Of a DNA stretch of 64,000 bases, positions 20,396 through 31,299 are shown one piece after another (within the stretch, counting starts at the first letter, position 1; every line of letters begins with the position of its first letter). The position numbers and the translations under genes are program-made. The notes under the pieces are model-generated. The model saw nothing but the letters and a program-made list of their open reading frames with translations, did not search any database and was not told the origin of the DNA. Origin of the DNA: an uncultured Planctomycetaceae bacterium (lineage in GTDB: Bacteria; Planctomycetota; Planctomycetia; Pirellulales; PALSA-1355); assembly GCA_963785305.1 (NCBI GenBank), contig CAWAUV010000007.1, forward strand, positions 320,001 to 384,000, given 5' to 3'.

Positions 20396-22802
20396 GCTGT
20401 GGCTTGCTGGGAATCGCCGCTCGGATACACTTCGTCGATGCGTTCTCCGCCGCGGCTGATCGCTGTGGCTTGCTGGGAATCGCCGCTCGGATACACTTTG
20501 GTCGACCGAGACACCCGCTCGATCGTGGCTGTGGCTTGCTGGGAATCGCCGCTCGGATACACTTCCAGCCCCGACTCCGACACGATCGAGATTGCTGTGG
20601 CTTGCTGGGAATCGCCGCTCGGATACACTCTGGAATCAGTGGATATCGTCACGGCGGGGGCTGTGGCTTGCTGGGAATCGCCGCTCGGATACACTACAAG
20701 TGTGCCGTTAATCGTGGATTTTATGGCTGTGGCTTGCTGGGAATCGCCGCTCGGATACACTACTCGCAACACGGGAAAGTGCAACCGACAAGCTGTGGCT
20801 TGCTGGGAATCGCCGCTCGGATACACTGAGCGGTCCTATTGCTGATCGACGGTTTCCGCTGTGGCTTGCTGGGAATCGCCGCTCGGATACACTAACTGGC
20901 GCCGAGGCCCAACGCCTGGCGTTGCTGTGGCTTGCTGGGAATCGCCGCTCGGATACACTGTCGGCCAAGAAATCAGCGGTCATGGTCTAGCTGTGGCTTG
21001 CTGGGAATCGCCGCTCGGATACACTAGACCGCGGTTCCGCGATCGGCCGGGTTGGCTGTGGCTTGCTGGGAATCGCCGCTCGGATACACTTGGCTTGTCG
21101 CGGCGCAGCTACGGCAACACGCTGTGGCTTGCTGGGAATCGCCGCTCGGATACACTCAGGCGGTCTTGGAGTTGGGAGTCTTTTTGGCTGTGGCTTGCTG
21201 GGAATCGCCGCTCGGATACACTGCCCGCGCCGACGCCCACGCCGACGCCCGCGCTGTGGCTTGCTGGGAATCGCCGCTCGGATACACTCGTGGCGATGAA
21301 TACTTGCCGTTGGCGCTGCTGTGGCTTGCTGGGAATCGCCGCTCGGATACACTCCGCCGCCAGCTCCTCCGGCGTGAAGTCGTGCTGTGGCTTGCTGGGA
21401 ATCGCCGCTCGGATACACTGTTGTCGATGCGATGCGAGACAACGGATTCGCTGTGGCTTGCTGGGAATCGCCGCTCGGATACACTGGCGCGACAATCCGC
21501 GGCAAGGGCATCGAGGCTGTGGCTTGCTGGGAATCGCCGCTCGGATACAAGGCAACGTGACCTACTATCGAAATGGCGCAGCTGTGGCTTGCTGGGAATC
21601 GCCGCTCGGATACACTTTCGCGCGCAGCGACAGCCGCGCCGCCAACGCTGTGGCTTGCTGGGAATCGCCGCTCGGATACACTGTCCTCGGGCCTGTGCGA
21701 GCCGAGGAAGTAGCTGTGGCTTGCTGGGAATCGCCGCTCGGATACACTTACTCGTCAGATTTTCCGCATAGCTTTGGCGCTGTGGCTTGCTGGGAATCGC
21801 CGCTCGGATACACTTGGCTGCGCTCGATGCGGCGGCCAGCGAAGGCTGTGGCTTGCTGGGAATCGCCGCTCGGATACACTCTCGGCAAGCTGGTCAGCGA
21901 ACAGGCCCATGCTGTGGCTTGCTGGGAATCGCCGCTCGGATACACTGCCGCCCCAAATATAACCGAACCAAAGCTTGCTGTGGCTTGCTGGGAATCGCCG
22001 CTCGGATACACTCGGGACTCCACTTTTCCAACATGCTCGCGGCTGTGGCTTGCTGGGAATCGCCGCTCGGATACACTGACGGCGGCCTTGGCGGCGGGGC
22101 GAGCCAGCTGTGGCTTGCTGGGAATCGCCGCTCGGATACACTGGCGAACCACTCCAGATGGTGCGACGAGATGCTGTGGCTTGCTGGGAATCGCCGCTCG
22201 GATACACTGAGGGCCGCGAGTTCGAGACACGTTTCCTCGCTGTGGCTTGCTGGGAATCGCCGCTCGGATACACTCGGGCGTGCCGTACTTGCCACAAGCT
22301 CGCGGCTGTGGCTTGCTGGGAATCGCCGCTCGGATACACTGCTTGTGTGCTGGTCCCGTCATCCCGATGAGCTGTGGCTTGCTGGGAATCGCCGCTCGGA
22401 TACACTTAACCGCATCGCTCACCCGATGAATCCACGGCTGTGGCTTGCTGGGAATCGCCGCTCGGATACACTGCTCGCGAGTGCGCATGCGACTGGCGGC
22501 AGGCTGTGGCTTGCTGGGAATCGCCGCTCGGATACACTACGCTCAACCGAGTTAGCGGCGCGAAGCACGCTGTGGCTTGCTGGGAATCGCCGCTCGGATA
22601 CACTGCAAAGCCGCAATCACCTGTTGATAGACCAGCTGTGGCTTGCTGGGAATCGCCGCTCGGATACACTAAGAATCTCCAGCGCGACATCAAGTTTTGC
22701 GCTGTGGCTTGCTGGGAATCGCCGCTCGGATACACTTGGCTGCGCTCGATGCGCCGGCCAGCGAAGGCTGTGGCTTGCTGGGAATCGCCGCTCGGATACA
22801 CT
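20396..22802 (+). CRISPR. type II-C CRISPR array: 37 repeats (GCTGTGGCTTGCTGGGAATCGCCGCTCGGATACACT), 36 spacers of 29-31 nt
   Basis: Counted by eye; repeat 18 (21516) lacks the terminal CT. Strand inferred from tracrRNA complementarity. Confidence 0.98.
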
Positions 22803-22803
22803 G

Positions 22804-22849
22804 CCTTCTTCGCAAGATTAAGCGAAGGAAGGAATTGCGACGGAATTCC
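22804..22849. terminator. hairpins in the 51-bp gap between the array and cas2 (leader or convergent terminator)
   Basis: CCTTCTTCGC..GCGAAGGAAGG and GGAATT..AATTCC inverted repeats. Confidence 0.45.
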
Positions 22850-22853
22850 GCCT

Positions 22854-23198
22854 TTAAAACAGCAGCATTTGTTGCAGTGGTTCTTCAATCGGGACTTCTT
22901 TTTTGCCATAAAATGACGCCATTTTCGCGAACTGGCGGTCCGTGACGAGCAGCAGACGAACATGCCCCCGCGCGGGAAGTTCTCTTTCCAGGAGGTTGCG
23001 GCACGGGATACTCGACTCCTCCGACGGATATGGTCGAGCGTACACCGAGAGCTGTAACTGGCCAAACCCGTTCCGCAATAAAGTCGTGCGAAACCGTGCG
23101 TAGCGTTTTCGATCCGCCTTGGTCTTGACGGGCAAATCGAACATGACGATGACCCACATCGTTTTATACTCGGAAACGTTAATCGGTAGAAACGCCAT
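22854..23198 (-). CDS. cas2: CRISPR-associated endonuclease Cas2
   Basis: MWVIVMFDLPV, FRTTLLRNGF, QLSVY, VTDRQF. Confidence 0.95.
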   Translation of the reverse strand: MAFLPINVSEYKTMWVIVMFDLPVKTKADRKRYARFRTTLLRNGFGQLQLSVYARPYPSEESSIPCRNLLERELPARGHVRLLLVTDRQFAKMASFYGKKEVPIEEPLQQMLLF

Positions 23199-24094
23199 CG
23201 CTGATTTCCAATGAGACCGGAAGCCGCAACGGTTTGCGTGTTCCAAGAAAGTTTTCCGCCAAGCTTGACGCCAGCATCTCCGCAGCCTCGAAAAGAGTTC
23301 GATTATCGGCGCCGACCTTCCACCGCTCGTATAGCGCGCCGAGGAGCCGGCGGCGCGCGTCGTGGGATAACGGCTGATCGGCGCCGCGCTCCGCGACCAT
23401 CGCCGCGACGACGAGATCGACTGCGGGCCGAAACGGCTCCATGAGATCGTCAGCGAGACAAAATGCGTTGTAGCGGTTCCGATGATGAATACCTAACGAA
23501 GGATGCATTCCAACGCCGCAGATTGCCCTCGCGACAACGGCGCGCAGCACGGCATAGCCATAATTTAGAAGTTGATTTTGATCCGGGGCGTCGCGGTCTC
23601 GGTGGAAATCCGCGCCGGAAAAATATGCTGCCAGTATCGCCGGGCGGCGTTCGCCTCGACGTTCGTTGGGTCGCCGCTCCTGACGGCTTGAACCAAGGAT
23701 GCCAAGCCGCCGTCATGCCCGTATATTTTCCGTAGCACCAACGCCTGCATACGAATCTTCGCACGGACTACGTCTTTCCAAAGTCGCTTCTTTAGCGGTA
23801 GTGTCGCCTGGATTTGCCGCGCAGCCGCTCGGTTTGCGCGTGGTGCATTTGCAGCGGGAGTTGCATGCCGACTGGCAAACGCCTTGAGTCGCATGCAACG
23901 ATCACGCCGCCCGCGGCCGCGACATCGGCAAGGACGGCGTGCGTGCATGTTATTTCCGGATGGGCGAGGATTATCGCGGCGACCTCGTCCAGCGGCACGC
24001 GAGTCGAGACGCCGCGCGTTGGGTCGACGCGAAGACAGCCTTGATCGATTCGCAAATGCGCGGGCGAGTCGGAAATGTCAACGATCCGGTGCAT
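23179..24094 (-). CDS. cas1: type II Cas1; frameshifts near 23825 and 23615
   Basis: VRSGDPTNVEANAARRYW, NYGYAVLRA, GIHHRNRYNAFCLADDLMEPFRP. Confidence 0.93.
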
Positions 24095-24157
24095 TGCTTC
24101 GGCTCACCGTCAAAAGGGCGCATACTTCCGCCTTCCGTGAGCGTCCAGCGATTGTCC

Positions 24158-27100
24158 TTACTTTTCTAAACTGCGCCGGTTCCTCGAAGTTTGCTTCGGG
24201 CCGTTGAACTTTTCAAGACTCCGCAAATCAATGAATTCGCCAGTCGCCGGATCAGATATCAGCCCTGTCGGCGAAACATGCACTTTCCGGAAGCATCTCC
24301 GCGAGAGCGCGTCGGCGCGAATTCGAATCCGTTCTTTCGCTTTTTTGATCTCGTCGTCCGTCCGGCCGTCCGCGTGCGGTCGAACTTCGATGTCGCTTTT
24401 CGAGATGCTCTGTACGCGGCAAACACGCCACTCGCCATCGTTGTTCGGCAAGAGCAGATGGTCGCCGGCAAAAAGTACGAAGCGCTCGCGAGGATCGTTG
24501 CTCGTAGACAGCTGCGTGCGCATGGCTTCAATACGCGTCATAGGATCGTCGGTCCAACCAATTTCGTTTCCCGCCGCGTCGAGCACCGCGAGAATTCGCG
24601 AGCAGAAATTCGAGCCCGGGGCCGCAGTGACGAATCGAGTGTGGTCGCCCCCGCGCGCCGCGAACGGTTTTCCCTTTATCCGGATTCGGACGGAATGAAT
24701 TGGCGTCGTCGATCCGTCGTGATTATTAAGATGTGGATGATTTTCTGGAGACGCGAAGACGTCTTTCGGCGTCTTCGTTGCCCCGTGGAGCGACTTGAGT
24801 TCCTCGAACTTCGCTTGGACTATCCGGCGGATGGCTTGACAGACAATCGCATCACTAGTGATCTCGTTCGCAGAGAGTTTCGATAAGCACTTGCGGATTT
24901 TTGAATTGCGCTCGCCAGCAGCCGGTGGCGCGTAGTTGGAACCCGCGTGAAGCGTTCCGTTTAATCGCCGGTCGTGCCGGTTCGACACGATAATGGAAAG
25001 CACAGCGCGGCGAGCGTCGTCCAATAGCTCGGCCCATGGCGGATCGATCGGCGGAAAGCTTCGATGATTGCCTTGTCGCCAACCCTCGGATGCCGCGGTT
25101 TGCAGCGCCGCCACAGTGGCCGTATCGGTGCATGCGATCACGATTGCATCGATGGCGTGTTGTCGGTGATCGGCGCGGTTCTTTTCGTCGATCAAGCTCA
25201 AGATTTGATTCAAGCGCCAATGCCCGCGCAGTATTGCGGTCAGCCCTCCCGTCAACGTTCTGATGCGCTGCCTGCCGCTGGCGTCGACACGTCCGCCGAA
25301 GAGTAATCCCAGATAATCGGCGGCGGCGGCGCTTGCATACCGTGTTTCGTTGAGTTGCCGCGACGAAAAATCTCTCGGCACCTCACGCGCCATGAAGCGC
25401 GCTAGTTTCACGGAGGCCAATCGGCCTTTGAATTTTTTGACGCGGTCGAGAATCTCCTGGTAGCGCTCTGGGTTATCGGAATACGCCATTGCCGGCAGTT
25501 GGTCGCGTTTTACGTGCCGATTTTCTTCGTGCAGGCAGATCGTTTTGTTCGCAAACGAGTCGTCGAGATAACGCCGTGGATAAATGTGCTCGATGTCGAA
25601 TCGGCTGTTATCGCCGATAAGGTCACGGACATTCGTGACTTTTTCGCCAGTATAAGGGCATGTAAAATTGCATTCCTCGGCCAAGAGCACGATTTCGACG
25701 CCGCGATCGTACCCGCGCTTTTCGGGGTACCCCGTGAACTCTTCCCGTATCTTAGATAGCGCGCGACGGCGATCCGCTGCGCGTTGTTTGCCGAAATCAT
25801 CCGCTTTCTTCCGTTCTTTTTTCGACTTCTTCAGTTCACGCGCGAGTTCGACGCGAACCTTGTGCGGTTTCCCGAATCGACGAATCAGCTCGTTGAGAAC
25901 CTTGCGGACTTCGGTCAATGCGCGTTTGACAGAGGGGCTCGTGATTTGCGGTAAGCTCTCGACGACGGCTGGAAGGCGCTCGAATGCCTCGCCAGAAGCA
26001 TGCGCGTCCGGATATGCCAAAAGTTTCGCCTCAGGGTATGTTGGCCATCGGCCCGTTTCCGTGCGTTTTTTCGATAGGTGCTCCCGTAATTTCTCGAGCG
26101 CGGTTTTTGAGTGCCGCGCGTATCCTTGTTCGAACGTCAGTTCGGCGAGCGCGATACCTTGCTCGGCGGAGCATCCCCAATATTCCCGCGCCCTCCGAAT
26201 CAGCGCATCGCGCTTATTGAAGCTGTGGACTTCGTAGAAGAGGCGCTCACCGTCGGCCGAAGAGAGCGCGTCCCACCGATCTCCCAAAATTCCACGGAGC
26301 GCGCTTGTGGTTCCCGTTCCGCAGGCGTGGTCGTCGTCGTCGCCCTGAAAATTTAGCGACGCGCCCCGTGGGAGTTCGATTGCCGTTCGGAAGTCCTTGA
26401 GCGTCATTCGGCCGCAATCGCTCAACGCGCGTATCGCTTTGCTCCGCTCGCTTTCGTCCAAAGGGCGGTCCACGTGCCCACGCCGACGCACAATCACATT
26501 ATTCACGAACTGCAACATGCGGACTTCCTGCGCGAGCGGGTGCGCCGCCGCGAGGCGTCGTTTCTTCCGCTCCAGGCTACACTTTCCAACCAACCCTTTC
26601 GCGCTTTTCAACGGCCGTTGAAAGAAAATCGCACGCCGCAGGCGTTTACAAACCGCTTCTGTTAGCTCCGGGTGGAATACGGACTGGGTTTCAACAATTC
26701 TGTCGAATTCCGCCAGAAACATTTCTCTACCCGTCCACCGCTTCCGAATCCGCTTCTCAAAAGGGTTGAGCGAGGCGAGATATTCGCCAAGTGTCATGTT
26801 CGCGGCAGTTAGATCATTGGAAAGCGATCGAATCGCCGGCTTCACCTCCCCGGTTTCCTCATCGTCCTTCGGCGCACCCCGCAAATTGCTGTTGAACCCC
26901 CGACGTTTCGCGAGGTGAAGGAGAGCTCTCCCAAGCGCGAATCGCTCAACTCGCTCGCGGACGGCCGCGGCGCGAACACGGTATACAAGTAGCTGCGCGG
27001 AAACATGGTCGTCCGTTGGGCAGTACGTCTTCGCCAACTCTAGATCGAGTTTTGCAATGAATGGCGAGAGATCGCCACGCCGTTCGACGCGGTCGGATGG

Positions 27101-27394
27101 CAAGAGATTCGCCTCCTGCAAGATTTCAAAAACACGCCGCCGGCGGACCGCCCGGCGTCGAATCTGCCGCCGCGCAAGCCGCGCGAGTCAACGCGCCTCG
27201 GCCCTCGACTTCTCATTACCGCGTTCAAAGTCCCTTGACGTGCCATCCATGCCCGCGGCAAAGCGGCGAACGCCGCACGCGATTATTCCGCACGGGCGGT
27301 TATCTTTGAGGCGCACACATGCCCATCCGACGGACGTTGAACCAATATCGAGCCCGAGGACATATCGTTCATTGATTTTCTCATCGCTTTTCAT
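24158..27394 (-). CDS. cas9: type II-C Cas9 (~1078 codons) with an in-frame TGA at codon 69
   Basis: RuvC-I LGLDIG, Arg-rich bridge helix, HLAKRRGF, RuvC-II VELARE, HNH (DIEHIYP..NK..N), RuvC-III HRQHAIDA; ORFs 27188..27487 and 24158..27121 share one frame. Confidence 0.95.
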
Positions 27395-27427
27395 GACCGA
27401 ATCCCGATTTTTCCGTGAAAAGAACGG

Positions 27428-27456
27428 TTGCATGCCGCGACGCGGTTCGATAAATT
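27428..27456 (+). promoter_or_regulatory. putative sigma70 promoter of tracrRNA
   Basis: TTGCAT-N17-TAAATT; predicted +1 near 27463, where the anti-repeat begins. Confidence 0.55.
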
Positions 27457-27462
27457 CTTTGT

Positions 27463-27563
27463 AGTGTATCCGAGCGGCGGTTGCCACTTGTCACAGTAAA
27501 TGTGAGCTTCCGCTTGCATGCCCGGCAAAAACCGGAAGGGGGCCATGTGCCCCCTGTTTTTTT
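27463..27563 (+). ncRNA. tracrRNA
   Basis: AGTGTATCCGAGCGGCG is 17/17 complementary to the repeat 3' half; GTCACAGT pairs with the repeat 5' end; downstream hairpins and a T7 terminator. Confidence 0.9.
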
Positions 27564-27585
27564 GCGCTAGGCGCCACGCAAAAAG

Positions 27586-27701
27586 GACGGCCTCTCGCTG
27601 CTCGCGCATCAAACCGCCGAAAGCTTCCGCATCTGGACCGGCGCCGAACCCGACATGGACCTGATCCGCGAAGGCATGGAAGAGTTCTTGGGCATTTGAG
27701 C
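27586..27701 (+). repeat. direct repeat copy 2 (orphan aroE 3' end; attR-like)
   Basis: Encodes DGLSLLAHQ...EEFLGI*; differs from copy 1 by a synonymous GAG/GAA change. Confidence 0.95.
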
Positions 27702-27882
27702 CGAGGAAGCGGAATCGGATAGCAGGCCACGGAGGGAGCGGGAGCGGAAAGCGAGCCACGGAAGGACACGGAAGCGCACGGAAGGGGACAAGGAATTGCG
27801 CGAGAGGTCTCTTTCGCGCTGCGCTTTCGCATGCGGCGGGGAAAGGGGAGTCGCACTCCGGGTCGATCTCGTTTCACCTAAA

Positions 27883-29273
27883 TCATTGCAACTTCTTCCG
27901 CAGCGTGGCCCGGTGGATGCCGAGTAGTTCGGCGGCGGCGGCGCGGTTTTGGCCGGTGGTTTCGAGCACCGCGTCGAAGAGCGGCGGCTCGACGGCCGCG
28001 AGAAATCGCTGGTAGAGATCGGCCGAGGCGGCGCCGGCGCGGAGTTCGGCCGCGGCCCAGTCCGCGACCGCTTGCCGCAGCGCGTCGCCCGGATCGGCAG
28101 TCAGGGCTCCCCGCGCGTCGAGCTCGACCGGCGCCGGCAGATGCTCGGGCTCGATTGCTCCGCCCCGAGCCAAGAGCGCCCGTGTTCGATCGCGTTTTTC
28201 AGTTCGCGCACATTGCCGCACCAGCGCCGTCGCTTGAGCTCGGCGAGCGCGCGCTCGGTGAGATTGCCGGCCGGTTGGCCGCTCGTGGCCATGCGTTGCA
28301 AGAATCGCTGGGCCAAGAGGGCCACATCATCGTCGCGGCGACACAAGGGCGGCAGCGCGATTTCAAACACCGCGAGGCGAAAATACAGGTCTTGCCGAAA
28401 CGCGCCCGAATGAAACTCGCGTTTCAAATCGCGGTTCGTCGCCGCGATCACGCGAAACCTGGTTTTCCGCGGCCGGGTGTCGCCCACCGGCGTGACCTCA
28501 TGTTGCTCGAGCACGCGCAGCAGCTTGACTTGCACACTCGGCGGAATATCGGCTGCTTCGTCGAAAAACACCGTCGCTCCGTCGGACAGCTCGAGCAAGC
28601 CTTGCCGACCGGTCTCGGCTCCGGTAAACGCCCCGCGCACATGCCCGAAAAGCTCGCTCTCGACCAATGTCGGACTGAGCGAAGCGAGATTCACCGGCAC
28701 GAACGGCCGCGCTGCCCGGGTCGAATGCCGATGAATCGCCCGCGCCACGAGCTCCTTGCCCGAGCCGCTGTCGCCGGTGATGAGCACCGAGGCATCGGTC
28801 GGCGCCACGAGCGCGATGCGTTTGAACACCTCTTGCATCGCGGGACTCACGCCCACGAGCTCGTCGCTCGCGTCGGCGGCGAAAGGCTCGCTGGGGGCAA
28901 GCCGCGAAGCGCGGCCATGCGCAAGCGCGCGTTCCGCGACCGCGGCAAACTGTTCGAGATCAAACGGCTTGGCCAGATAATCAAATGCGCCATTGCCCAG
29001 GGCGCCGACCGCCGTGTCGAGATTGCCAAACGCGGTGATGACCACAATCGGCGTCTTGTGGGCCGCCAGGGCAAAGCGCGGCATCGCCGAGAGACCATCC
29101 ATGCCCGGCAGCCGCACATCGAGCACGATCAAGTCGAACCGCTCGCGTTCGGCCGCGGAGATCCCTTCTTCGGCCGAAGAGGCGATCGTCACCCGGTGGC
29201 CCGACTCGCCCAATAGGCGATCGAGTCCCCAGCAAATGCTTTCTTCATCGTCGACGATCAACACCCGGCTCAT
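27883..29273 (-). CDS. NtrC-family sigma54 response regulator; frameshift near 28180
   Basis: REC domain (IVDDE, DVRLPG), GDSGSGKE, GAFTGA, C-terminal Fis HTH (AAELLGIHRATL). Confidence 0.92.
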
Positions 29274-30858
29274 GCGCGATCCTTGAGTGCGAGTTCGCGG
29301 TTTTGGGCCGCGCGCGGTTCTTCATTCGCGTCCAGCGCCGAGCGGTCGTCGGCGCCGGCCCGCGGCAGCGTGAGCTCGAAGCAGGTGTGGGGAGCGCGCG
29401 AGTATTCGAGCGAGCCGCCATGCGCCGCGGCAATCTGCCGGGCCACGGCCAATCCGAGCCCCACGCCCTCGGGCTTGCTGGTGGCAAACGCCTCGAACAG
29501 CCGCTCGAGCACTTCGGCCGGCGGACCCGGCCCGCTATCGACCACGCGCACTCGCACCTGCCGCGCGAGCGCTTCGTATTCGATGCGCACCCAACCGCCA
29601 GGCCCGGCGGCGTCGATGGCGTTGAGCGCCAAGTTGAGCAATAGTTGCCGCAACTGCTCGGGATCGGCCCAGAGCATGGTCGGCCCGGCATGCGGCGCGA
29701 AAACGCCGCGCGATGCTGAATCGTTTGTCACCGTGGGCTCGCCCGAACCGGGGGCCCGGATCACCGGCGCGGGCGTGCCCACGATCTCGAACCGCGCCCT
29801 GCGATGCCGGCAAGCGGGCTCGACCAGCGCTCCCACCGCGGCGAACACCTCCTCGAGCGCGCAGTCGATGCGCTGGAGCGGCTGCGGCTGACCGGCGGCG
29901 AGAAATTTCTGCAAGTGCTCTTCCGTGAATTTCAATTGCCTCAGCGCCACCGCGAGACTCTCTTGATCGATCTCGCGGCAACGGCGCTGGTGCAATTGCA
30001 CCGCGAGCCGGGCGCCGGTCACATCGTTGCGCAAGTGATGCGCGAGTCCCCCGCTGAGTTGTCCCAGCAGCGTGAGCCGCTCGGCCCGTTTGATCACGCG
30101 GCGCATTTCGTCGAGCTGTTCGGCCAGCGAATTGACCGACGCCACGAGGTCGCGCAGCTCGTCGTCGCGCGGCGGGAGCGGCGCCGGCTCGTATTGTCCC
30201 TGGGCCAAGCGGCCCACCTGCCGCCGTAGTTGCAAGATCGGTCGACTGAGCCGCCCCGCGATCATCACCGCCAGAAGCATCACCACACCCAACATCAGGC
30301 CCCCGACCAACAGCGGCGGATAGATCGCCTGCCACCGCGCCTCGCGCAAGATACTCTCGGGATACAAAATGTGGAGACGGGTTCTCGACGGACGATTCTC
30401 CGCCGCCGGCGCGCACGCGGGCCCACGGCCACGACCTGGTGAAAATACCGCACGCCGGCAATCGACTCGACGGAGCCCAAGGAAAATGCATCTCCGAGCT
30501 CGTCCGCCGCCGGCGGCGCGCCACCGCCGCCCTTGCCGACGCTTCCCGCTTCGCCAAGGTTGCCCCCCGCGTTCAAGAAGTCGCTCGCGTCGCCGAGGCT
30601 CGTGGCGAGCACTCGGCCCGACTCGGTCGTGAGCACGAACTCGGCGCCCGAGAGTCCATGCGTTTGTCGCAACACCCGATCGGTGAGCGGAAAGTTCGAT
30701 TCGAGCAAGGTGCGGGCCACTTCGCGCAGTTGCGATTCGATATGCCGCTCGGTGGATCGGGCCGCCAAATAGGCGTCGAGCAAGCTCACACCGGCCGACG
30801 CAAGCAACATCACCGCGGCAAACGGGGCAAGAATCTGATATCGCAGCGGCCAACGCAT
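29270..30858 (-). CDS. HAMP-domain sensor histidine kinase; frameshift near 30400
   Basis: Two TM segments, HAMP, LAHHLRN, NLALNA, DSGPG, GLGL. Confidence 0.88.
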
Positions 30859-31299
30859 GTGAGACGGTTCACCTATAGAGGGCACGATCAAACCCGGCGC
30901 CGCCCGCCGCGGCGATTTTCTGTCCACCCAAGGCCATCTTATGACCGCGCCGCCCGATTCGCAAATTCGGCCATGAGCGGACTATCCACCGTTCCCGCCC
31001 GAAAACTTGCCCCATGCGTCACGCAACCGTGGCCCGCGGGGGCCCCCGCCAAGCGCGGCCCGACGCGCTGATTCGCTCATCGCGGCAGGCGCGAGCGCGG
31101 TTTCGCGAATGCTGGCGCCACGCTTCGCCCAGCGCAGATTACCCAAATGTTTCCCCGCGCGCTCCGGCGCTGTCAGGCGCGTGCTGGCGCTATCATTTGC
31201 CGCGAGGGAAAGTTTCACTCGCTCGGCTCACCGAACCGATCTAAGAAACGGAGTGGTCGTTCACGGATGGGACGCCTTCGGATTCCGAGTACGATGCGT

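Noticed and set aside
21516..21551. Variant repeat 18 lacking the terminal CT
   Set aside because: Cannot be distinguished from the window's indel errors.
20218..23065. Long repetitive ORFs over the array (AVACWESPLGYT, VYPSGDSQQATA)
   Set aside because: Translations of the 66-bp CRISPR period, not proteins.
23179..24094. cas1 as a true pseudogene
   Set aside because: Same frameshift pattern as housekeeping genes here; needs polishing before any call.
27188..27190. TGA recoding (Sec, Trp or Gly) in cas9
   Set aside because: TGA is an ordinary stop for many genes in the window and the position expects Arg.
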